Source of the DNA: Ktedonobacterales bacterium
Lineage (GTDB): Bacteria; Chloroflexota; Ktedonobacteria; Ktedonobacterales; JADMIN01
Reading direction: 5' to 3'
Length of the DNA stretch: 32,622 bases
Assembly (NCBI GenBank): GCA_036265775.1
Contig: DATAOM010000355.1
Location: 1 to 32,622, forward strand
Positions 24,156 to 31,209 of the stretch are shown here, in pieces. The position numbers were made by a program, and so were the translations under genes. Position 1 is the first letter of the stretch. Each line of letters opens with the position of its first letter. The notes beneath the pieces were generated by a model that made no database searches, was not told the DNA's origin, and saw nothing but the letters and a program-made list of their open reading frames with translations.

Positions 24156-27032
24156 TCATTTCAGGTTGATCGCCCAGATACTACGGCCGTGCGTCGCCGC
24201 AAACAACTTATGCCCGGTGCTGGTCGTCACCAGCGTGAGGCCATTGACCTTAACGATCGGCAGGCCGGAGCCAACCGGCAGCCAGTGGGAGGTCCCGCCA
24301 CCGATATTGTGCAGGACGCCGAAATCGGTGGAAACGTAGACGTCGTTGGCGTGCGGGTCGAAGGCGATGCCAGTGATTGGCTGGTCGCCGAGACCGCTGC
24401 TCAGATCCGTCCATGTCGCCGTGTGCGTCGCCGGATCGTAGAGGACATCGAAGACATGGCCCTTCGCCGTCCCCGCGGCCTGCGCGTATGCGTCATAGCC
24501 CGAGAACGAGATGAACGCATGGTTCGGATTGCGCGGATCGACCGCGATACCGCTCACAAAGCGCGTCGGCGTGTTCGGCGTGTCGATGCGCGTGTAGGAG
24601 ACGGTGCTCGCATCGCTCGCATCAGCGTTGGTGCTGATGAAGACACGACCACGGCGCGTGCCGGCCCACAGCGTGCCGGTATTGCTCGTCGTGCGGGCGA
24701 TGGCGACGACATAGTTCCCAGCGGAATCAGCCGGGCTGCTCGCACCCTTGTCCGCGCCGAAGAACGTGCCGGAGAGGTCGCCAGCGTCATTCAAGTTGGT
24801 CGACGGGAATGGGTCGTTCGGGTTGGCATAGACGCCACCCATGGGCACCCAGTCGCCGCACTTCGCGGCGAAGTCGCCGGTGAACTCGTTGCAATGCTGG
24901 TCGAGATAGGCTTGCGGGCCGCCATTATCCGTGGTGCGGAAGATGTGCTGCTCGCCCTCAAACATCGTGTCGGCCTTGGCCGTATTCGGATCGTAGATCA
25001 TCGGCACGTAGAAGGACGCGCCCTCATTGTTGCCGAGCGGATCGGCGATCCAGTCCCACTGGTCCGGCGCGCCATTGTGGAAATTGACGTCGTGCGCCGG
25101 ATTGAAGAACGAATGGAACGAGATGTTGGAGTGAGCGGCGTTGATGCCAGACTGGCCACCGTCACCACCAATCGCCTCGAGCCAATCGCTCGTGCCACCA
25201 CCCTGGATCCCGTTCATCCAGGTGCCGTTGTCCTGGGTGCCACCGATGAGCATGCTCGGATTCTGCGGATCCACCGAGACGCTCTGGAACTGCAGTGTCT
25301 GCAGGCCGGCGTTCATGGAATAGATACGCGTCGGCACCGCAGTGAGCCAGGCGTTGCAGAGAGCCTTGGAAGTGGCGCCGAGACCGCGGACATTGCACCC
25401 CAGGTTGGGGTCAGTGGCCATATTCGAAAAGGTCCCGCTTGTGCGCACAATGCCGCCGTCAGAGCCAGCGAAGGCGATATCGGGGTTGTTCGCGTCAAAG
25501 GCGAGCGCGTGCTGGTCGGGGTGCATCCCGATGAAGTTCATGTCGTAGCTCATGTCCGTGAAGCTGACACCCGCATTCGTGGAGCGCTGCACGGCGCGCG
25601 AGTTGGACCGACCCGCTAACTCTTCGTACTTAAACAGTCCACTGAGCCAGACCGTGTCCGGATGGCCAGCAGGCGAGGTGACGACCATATCGTAACTGCA
25701 CTGCGATGTGGTCTGGGTGCGGCAGAAGTCGTACGATGCGAAGCCGTTCGGGTTGGAGGCGCTGGAGTTGGAAAGCTCCTGCCAGACAGGGGTCGCGATG
25801 CTGGCGTCGTCGGTGCGATAGAACCGCGCGATTCCAGTCCGCCCATCAGCAAGATAGATGCGAAGCTTGCCGCTGCCATCGATCAGCGGAGCGAGCGCGA
25901 ACTCCACGCGGTTGTTCGCGCTGTTCGCAGGGTCTCCGGCGTCAAATGCGGTGAAGACCTGCTCGAACGCGCCGTTCGTGCCACGGAAGAGGCCGTAGTC
26001 GAACATCGAGAAGTAGAAGCGCCCTGTGGTCGTCGGGTCAAACGAGACCTTGGAGACACCACCGCGGAAGAAGTCGCTTCCGTTCGGAGAGGTGGGATCC
26101 ACCGGATCGGATGGTTGACTGAAGGTCAAGGTGAAATGTGCGCCACCATCGGTTGACTCGTAGAGGCCAATCGTCGGCGCGCCCGGGGGCGTGAAGCGGC
26201 CACCGTTCACAGACGACACGCCGTGACGGGCCACCGCGGTGCCAATCACAATGTGGCTGGCGTTGTGGGGGTCCACGTCGATCGAGGCGATCGAACGGCC
26301 AGCCGCCGCAGCCGGGCTGCCGGCGAGCAGGGTCCAGTGGGCGCCACCATCGGTCGTCGAGTACATGCCAACCCCGGCCTCAGAGTCGCTGGAACCGTTG
26401 GGTTCGCCGGTACCGACGAGGACGTGATCCTTGTTGGCTGGATCGACCCAGAGGGAGCCGATGGCCGCCGAATCCATTCCGTTCGGCATTGCCGTCCAGC
26501 TCGGAGGCGTCGCCAGCGCGTCATTGGTGCGCCAGACGCCACCGCCAGCGGCGCCGAGGTAGAGCCGGCAATCACCAGGATTGCAGGTCGAAGCCACGCC
26601 AATCGCCGTGACACGTCCCGATTCAATCTTTGGCCCGAACGAGCGGGACCATTCGACTGGGACGTTGCCGGTCGAGGGGCCGAGCGGCTGCCACGTGGCG
26701 CCCTTGCCATTCGGATCGCCACCCTTCACGATGCCGTTGTATGCATTGCGGGCATTGGACACCTGGGCCGGGGCGATGTACGTCGATGGATACGCCTGAT
26801 TGTCGTAGAGCTCCTGATTGGGGCTGCCAAGGTCGCTTCGCGGAGCCTCGGAGCCGGCATTATCGCTTTCAAACTTACCGGTGTGGTGGCTAAATGAGAG
26901 ATTGGCGCCTACGCTAGTGGGGCGCACGAGGAACGTGCTCGCGCTTACCGCCACCAGGGCAACCACCCCGACGACGCCAATGATGCCAAGGATCCGCTGC
27001 CGTGCGGACAGACTGGATAACCAGCGTTTCAC
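24156..27032 (-). CDS. Large secreted or membrane-anchored BNR/Asp-box repeat beta-propeller protein (VPS10/GH74-like)
   Basis: Asp-box motifs STDGGAHW, STDGGAHF and STNAGVSF, plus GTQDNGTW and TTDNGG. N-terminal signal anchor KRWLSSLSARQRILGIIGVVGVVALVAV. I place the start at GTG 27032 (G-rich SD AAGGGGGGGG ending 4 nt upstream, separated by UGUA) rather than the track's 27140. Confidence 0.85.
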   Translation of the reverse strand: MKRWLSSLSARQRILGIIGVVGVVALVAVSASTFLVRPTSVGANLSFSHHTGKFESDNAGSEAPRSDLGSPNQELYDNQAYPSTYIAPAQVSNARNAYNGIVKGGDPNGKGATWQPLGPSTGNVPVEWSRSFGPKIESGRVTAIGVASTCNPGDCRLYLGAAGGGVWRTNDALATPPSWTAMPNGMDSAAIGSLWVDPANKDHVLVGTGEPNGSSDSEAGVGMYSTTDGGAHWTLLAGSPAAAAGRSIASIDVDPHNASHIVIGTAVARHGVSSVNGGRFTPPGAPTIGLYESTDGGAHFTLTFSQPSDPVDPTSPNGSDFFRGGVSKVSFDPTTTGRFYFSMFDYGLFRGTNGAFEQVFTAFDAGDPANSANNRVEFALAPLIDGSGKLRIYLADGRTGIARFYRTDDASIATPVWQELSNSSASNPNGFASYDFCRTQTTSQCSYDMVVTSPAGHPDTVWLSGLFKYEELAGRSNSRAVQRSTNAGVSFTDMSYDMNFIGMHPDQHALAFDANNPDIAFAGSDGGIVRTSGTFSNMATDPNLGCNVRGLGATSKALCNAWLTAVPTRIYSMNAGLQTLQFQSVSVDPQNPSMLIGGTQDNGTWMNGIQGGGTSDWLEAIGGDGGQSGINAAHSNISFHSFFNPAHDVNFHNGAPDQWDWIADPLGNNEGASFYVPMIYDPNTAKADTMFEGEQHIFRTTDNGGPQAYLDQHCNEFTGDFAAKCGDWVPMGGVYANPNDPFPSTNLNDAGDLSGTFFGADKGASSPADSAGNYVVAIARTTSNTGTLWAGTRRGRVFISTNADASDASTVSYTRIDTPNTPTRFVSGIAVDPRNPNHAFISFSGYDAYAQAAGTAKGHVFDVLYDPATHTATWTDLSSGLGDQPITGIAFDPHANDVYVSTDFGVLHNIGGGTSHWLPVGSGLPIVKVNGLTLVTTSTGHKLFAATHGRSIWAINLK

Positions 27033-27436
27033 TACACCCCCCCCTTGGACTAGATGGTCACGAACTACGGTGGCGGAAATGGCTCGCAGCCAGCGCCACA
27101 ATTGGCAATCGGACGAATTGCCCCTACACAAGCGCCGCAAATGCCGTGTACTCGTTGCTCTAGCGTCACATGTGGCTGGAGCAATTGCGCGCCGATGATG
27201 CGTTTACACGGCGCAGCAGGAGAGATACGGCATGTGACATTCCGGGCCTCGTCCGAACGCAACGCACATTGGGCCGCTGCCCCTACACGCCAACCGACGC
27301 CTGTTGCTCCATTGCAGCAGGCGGACTTTAGCAGCCAGATTGCACCTCAGCGGAATCTCTGTGACTTCTCCTTGCCACTCCTCCTTTTGCTCGTTCAGCA
27401 ACAACGAATCTAGCGTAGTGTCTGTTATAGCTTGCA

Positions 27437-27465
27437 AGTATAGCGGGTAACGCTCCTTGAGTAAA
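27437..27465 (-). promoter_or_regulatory. Sigma70-like promoter candidate facing the BNR-repeat gene (TTTACT-17 nt-TATACT)
   Basis: The reverse complement of 27437-27465 reads TTTACT CAAGGAGCGTTACCCGC TATACT. It would give an about 400-nt leader before GTG 27032. Confidence 0.35.
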
Positions 27466-27570
27466 GAGCCTGTTTCCTGCTATAAACCGATCCGCCTGAG
27501 ATGGCGTATGAAGGCTGTTCGCCGCCTGTGCGACCTACTACGCTCGTTCGATACAGAAGTGGTGAGGGAA

Positions 27571-27612
27571 AGCGCCTACCAACGCAGGTAGCGCTCTGGA
27601 CTGAGCGCTACC
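27571..27612. promoter_or_regulatory. Three-segment mutually exclusive hairpin set (attenuator-like)
   Basis: Segment 2, GGTAGCGCT (27587-27595), pairs perfectly with segment 3, AGCGCTACC (27604-27612). It can alternatively pair, with one bulge, with segment 1, AGCGCCTACC (27571-27580). Confidence 0.3.
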
Positions 27613-27721
27613 ATACCTTCTGTGTTCAACGGAGCAGGTGTATTTGGGTAACTGCGCTACAGCGAGAAATCTCTTCCTTTGAATATTTGCTATACTGCTT
27701 GCCTTTGTCCTTTGTTTACAC

Positions 27722-27750
27722 TTGACACGCTTCGACCGTCCCGGTAAGAT
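27722..27750 (+). promoter_or_regulatory. Strong sigma70-like promoter candidate (TTGACA-17 nt-TAAGAT)
   Basis: TTGACA at 27722-27727, a 17-nt spacer and TAAGAT at 27745-27750, about 75 nt upstream of the small membrane-protein gene. An extended -10 TGCTATACT at 27688-27696 sits just upstream. Confidence 0.55.
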
Positions 27751-27825
27751 AGGCGCCATGCTACGCCTGAACATCGGGTGGAGAGGGTCTCTAGACCTGT
27801 GTTTAAGTAGAGAGGCAAGGGGTTC

Positions 27826-28053
27826 ATGTCGAGCACATGGCGCTGGATTGTCACGGCCTTGGGTCTCATTACTGGCGCGCTGTTTCTGCTGACGGTGGTC
27901 AATGCGGACTGGCTCGAAGCTATCGGCATCGATCCTGATGGCGGCGATGGCTCGGTCGAGCGGTTGATCGTGGGGGGACTGGCATTACTGACAGTAGTTC
28001 TCTTCTCGGTGGCCTCCTATCAATGGGGAAAGGCCAGCGCGGCCAAGGCATAG
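27826..28053 (+). CDS. Small two-TM membrane protein (75 aa)
   Basis: Two hydrophobic helices flank the loop DWLEAIGIDPDGGDGSVE. This resembles a conserved small-protein motif (DW.E..FG.DPD.G.GS.E) that I recall from actinobacterial hypothetical proteins. A purine-rich stretch GAGGCAAGGGG lies upstream of ATG 27826. Confidence 0.65.
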   Translation: MSSTWRWIVTALGLITGALFLLTVVNADWLEAIGIDPDGGDGSVERLIVGGLALLTVVLFSVASYQWGKASAAKA

Positions 28054-28129
28054 TGATCGCCTGATCTGCCTGTTGGCGTGCTTGTATCCAGAGCGCGCGT
28101 TTCCTTGGTCCACCTCAGCTATCTATGCG

Positions 28130-28164
28130 AGACTGCCCGGAGCGGATGGCAATCTGGGCAGTCT
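28130..28164 (+). terminator. Stem-loop between the small membrane-protein gene and the repeat-protein gene
   Basis: AGACTGCCC (28130-28138) / GGGCAGTCT (28156-28164): perfect 9-bp stem, 17-nt loop, followed by TCTGCT. It may attenuate read-through from the 27722 promoter. Confidence 0.35.
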
Positions 28165-28371
28165 TCTGCTATGCGCGGTGTTGAATGGGCCATGCACGAA
28201 TGGCGCCGAGAAAAAGCGCTGCCGCCATCGCCATTGCCGCTTGAAGAGTTGCTAGGCCGTGATGGCGCAAATATCAAGGAAGCGCGCCATATGCACACCA
28301 CTTCCTCCGCTAGCTAGCGAACGAGCGAACGAGTATACTGTCGTGGCGCCACGCTACATGGGGGAGGCCCG

Positions 28372-31182
28372 ATGATCGACCAATCTGCGGACGTCAGCGC
28401 GCAAGCCAAGACGCTCATCAGCGCGCCGGGAGATGACGCTGAGCTACTGGAGCAGCTGAAGTCGCTAGCCCTGGCGCACGAGGAAGAATTCTCCGCCTGC
28501 GCAGGCGTCTGGGCGCCGGGGCTATACGAGCGCGATCCCGACTTCTTCGGGCCGTTCCTGGTCGCCTACCTGGACACCAAGCAGGAGGAAGCCATTAAGG
28601 CGCTCCTGGCCAGGGCGGAAGCCGACGGGCATGATGAACTCTTCGCCGATCTCTATCAGAAGTTTCGGGATGAGAAGAGTTGGAACGGCGATGTCGCGCG
28701 ACTCGCGCGCGCACGCCTCTCCGACGATGAAGCGCTCAAGGCGCTGCAACGCCGAGAGAATCCGCGCTCGCGCTGGCGGTTGAGTGAAGGTGTGGCGCTG
28801 GCGCTGTATCGGCGCAATCCCGAGCGCTTCGGCGAGTTCGTGCGCGAGCACGTCCAGCGTGGCTGGAGTCGTCGCCCGGAACGCTATCGGCGTTTGCGCC
28901 GAGAAGCGCGCGCACGCGGTGACGATACCCTCTACTGGGCGCTCTTCCGCGACTACGCCAGCGACGAGGAGTGGAGGGCGAGCGTCCATCAATTGCTGGC
29001 GAGCAAGCCCCCAGCCAGCGCACTGATCGAGGAGTTGGACAAGCGGCAGCCAACGCGCGCCGTCGCGTTGGACATGAAGACGCTCACCAGCCTCGTGCGT
29101 ACCTACCGGCAAGAGGCGATACCGTACCTCGAACAGCATCTCTCCTCGGCGCCGGATTCTTTGCTCAAACAGGCTCGCAAGCTCGGCGATGAGACGCTGT
29201 ACTGGTCTCTTTTCTTCCTCGCTGGAACCTCCGCGCGCTGGAACGCCGACCTGCGCGAGCAGATCGCCCGGCCGCTCTCGGATGAGCAACTCGAAGAAGT
29301 GTTGCGCCTGCGAACGCCGCCGGAGGAGCGCCGCCACGCCTGGCGATTGGAGAAGGACGTGGCGCAGGCGCTCTACCAGCGCAACGCCACTCTCTTCGGG
29401 CCATTCCTCGACGAATTCGCTAACGGTGGCCTGGCCGCCCTGGAGCTGCCCCAGCGCATACAGGCGGCGCTCGGCGCCGATCAGGATCGCGGGGCGCTCT
29501 TGCGCGAGATGGAAGCGCTCGCGCAGGCGCCTGGGTTCTCGGAGCAGGCGCCGCAGTGGGCTCCAGCGCTGTACGAGCGCGATCCGCTGTTCTTCGAGCC
29601 ATTCCTGACTAACCACCTCTCTGGCGACCAGACCGAGGTCATCACGCAACTGCTCACGCGCTCCGAGGCGGCGGGACAGGACTCCTTCTTCACCGCGCTC
29701 TACCGCAAGGTCGCGCGGGAAGATACGTGGAACAAAGAACTCGCCGAGCTGGCGGAGTCGCCGCTGCCAGATGACACAGTGGTCCAGATGATCCTGCGCC
29801 GCCAGGCGGATAGCTGGCTCAGCCTCACCGACAAGACGGCGACGGCGCTCTATCGCCGCGATCCGGCGCGCCTGGGCGCTTTCGTGCGCGAGCATGCGCA
29901 GCACAGTTGGCGTGAGGAGGAGAGTTACAAACAACTGCGCGAGGCGGCGCGTCTGCGTGGGGACGACGATCTCTACTGGGCGCTGTTCCGCGAGCTGGCG
30001 GATGAGCGTGAGTGGCAGGCCGAGGCGCGCCGCCTGCTGGCCAGCGACACGCCTCCCGAGCGCATCGCCGAGGAGTTGACGAAGCGCCACCCCGAACATC
30101 TGTGGAACGTCGATACCGGCGTCATCGCCGACATCATTGAGAAATACGGGCGCGCGGCGCTCCCCTACGTCCAGGAGCATCTGACCTGGATCACCCGTCG
30201 CGCGGCGCCGAAGCTCCTCACGCGCATCAAGAAGCTGGGCGATGAGAACCTGTACTGGCCCATCTTCTTCAAGGCCGGCGACAGCAAGCAGTGGAACGAG
30301 GCGCTGCGTGAGCTGCTGGCGCAGCCGCTCGGGGCCGAGGAGTTGGCCGCTCAGCTTCCTCTGCGCACGCCGCCCGTGCGCCGCTGGGGTGGCTGGACCC
30401 TTGAGGAGGATGTCGCGCTGGGCTTCTACCGCCGTGACCCACAGCGATTCGCGCCATTTCTGGAGCGGTTCGCGCATGGCTCCTACGACGAGGCGCTCTT
30501 CGTAGAAGCCCAGGCGAAGCAGGACGAGGACTTCCTGGATTATCTTTCACTTCAGCTCTTGCGCCAGATCGAGTCCTGGCTCAACCTGGCGTATCCCACC
30601 GACTCCACGCTCCGGTGGCGCAAGCCGGACATGAAGGCGCAGGACAAGGTGCGGCGCACGGGGCGTATGCTGACCGACCGCTTCGACCGCCTCGTGGCGC
30701 AGTCGCCTGCGCTGTACGTACGGCACGCGGCGGCGATGCTGAGCCGGATCAACGCGTTTGAGGTCTGGTCCTTCAAGCGAAACCTGTCGTTCAACCCAGC
30801 GTTCGCCTACCTGTACACGCAACATCGCGCGGCGTGGCTCGCCGAGCCGGATGCGCTGCGCGAAGTCCTGGAGTCGCCCAATATCTATGTGCAGATTCTG
30901 GGCCTGCTGATGCTCGGTGAGGGTGGCGCCGACGCGGCGGAGCGGGCGCGCGAGAATCTGTTGATCCTGCGCGCCCTCCTGCTTGGTGGCGCGCATGTGA
31001 GCACGAAGAAGCTGGCGCTGCGCGCACTCGAGCTGGCGGCGCGCCAGGGAGAGACGTACGCCGCGCAGTTCCTCCCGGTCGTGGAGGAGGCGGTCCACCT
31101 GAGCGGCAGACGCGCGGTGGACCAGCAGGCGATGGTCGCGTTCGTGCGGCTACAACGCGAGCTGGCGGCGCAGAGCGCCTGA
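28372..31182 (+). CDS. 936-aa all-alpha repeat protein of unknown family (internal duplication plus HEAT/ARM-like C-terminus)
   Basis: GGGGGAGG lies 4 nt upstream of ATG 28372. Residues about 22-352 and about 371-702 are collinear copies. The motif ALY(R/E)R(D/N)P..F..F(L/V) occurs six times, and GD(D/E).LYW.(L/I)F four times. The C-terminal about 200 aa look HEAT/ARM-like (NIYVQILGLLMLGEGG...LLILRALLLGG...KKLALRALELAA). Confidence 0.85.
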   Translation: MIDQSADVSAQAKTLISAPGDDAELLEQLKSLALAHEEEFSACAGVWAPGLYERDPDFFGPFLVAYLDTKQEEAIKALLARAEADGHDELFADLYQKFRDEKSWNGDVARLARARLSDDEALKALQRRENPRSRWRLSEGVALALYRRNPERFGEFVREHVQRGWSRRPERYRRLRREARARGDDTLYWALFRDYASDEEWRASVHQLLASKPPASALIEELDKRQPTRAVALDMKTLTSLVRTYRQEAIPYLEQHLSSAPDSLLKQARKLGDETLYWSLFFLAGTSARWNADLREQIARPLSDEQLEEVLRLRTPPEERRHAWRLEKDVAQALYQRNATLFGPFLDEFANGGLAALELPQRIQAALGADQDRGALLREMEALAQAPGFSEQAPQWAPALYERDPLFFEPFLTNHLSGDQTEVITQLLTRSEAAGQDSFFTALYRKVAREDTWNKELAELAESPLPDDTVVQMILRRQADSWLSLTDKTATALYRRDPARLGAFVREHAQHSWREEESYKQLREAARLRGDDDLYWALFRELADEREWQAEARRLLASDTPPERIAEELTKRHPEHLWNVDTGVIADIIEKYGRAALPYVQEHLTWITRRAAPKLLTRIKKLGDENLYWPIFFKAGDSKQWNEALRELLAQPLGAEELAAQLPLRTPPVRRWGGWTLEEDVALGFYRRDPQRFAPFLERFAHGSYDEALFVEAQAKQDEDFLDYLSLQLLRQIESWLNLAYPTDSTLRWRKPDMKAQDKVRRTGRMLTDRFDRLVAQSPALYVRHAAAMLSRINAFEVWSFKRNLSFNPAFAYLYTQHRAAWLAEPDALREVLESPNIYVQILGLLMLGEGGADAAERARENLLILRALLLGGAHVSTKKLALRALELAARQGETYAAQFLPVVEEAVHLSGRRAVDQQAMVAFVRLQRELAAQSA
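28435..30477 (+). repeat. Intragenic tandem duplication (about 1 kb x 2, diverged) inside the repeat-protein gene
   Basis: Copy A is about 28435-29427 and copy B about 29482-30477. The protein-level offset is 349 aa (WAPGLYERDP at aa 47, WAPALYERDP at aa 396). Roughly 40% aa identity by eye. Boundaries are approximate. Confidence 0.8.
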
Positions 31183-31209
31183 GAAGGCCAGGGGAGAACG
31201 GAGTCCAAC

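Noticed and set aside
24189-25619. 476-aa plus-strand ORF inside the BNR-repeat gene
   Set aside because: It is antisense to a gene with clear Asp-box motifs and a signal anchor. The composition is extremely Arg/Ala/Gly/Val-rich, as expected for a shadow ORF in GC-rich DNA.
27033-27140. Longer start (27140) for the BNR-repeat protein
   Set aside because: The 36 extra codons (MRRLCRGNSSDCQLWRWLRAISATVVRDHLVQGGG) precede the signal anchor and have no SD. GTG 27032 has a G-rich SD and gives a normal signal-anchor N-terminus.
28078-28317. 79-aa plus-strand ORF between the small membrane-protein gene and the repeat-protein gene
   Set aside because: There is no SD before any of its candidate starts. 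It spans the 28130-28164 hairpin, and its composition is not protein-like for the first half.
28522-30477. 651-aa ORF on the minus strand, antisense to the repeat-protein gene
   Set aside because: It is a mirror-frame artefact of a high-GC gene. It is Arg/Leu/Ala/Gly-rich with no SD and no recognisable motif. The sense frame has an SD, a clean internal repeat structure and protein-like composition.
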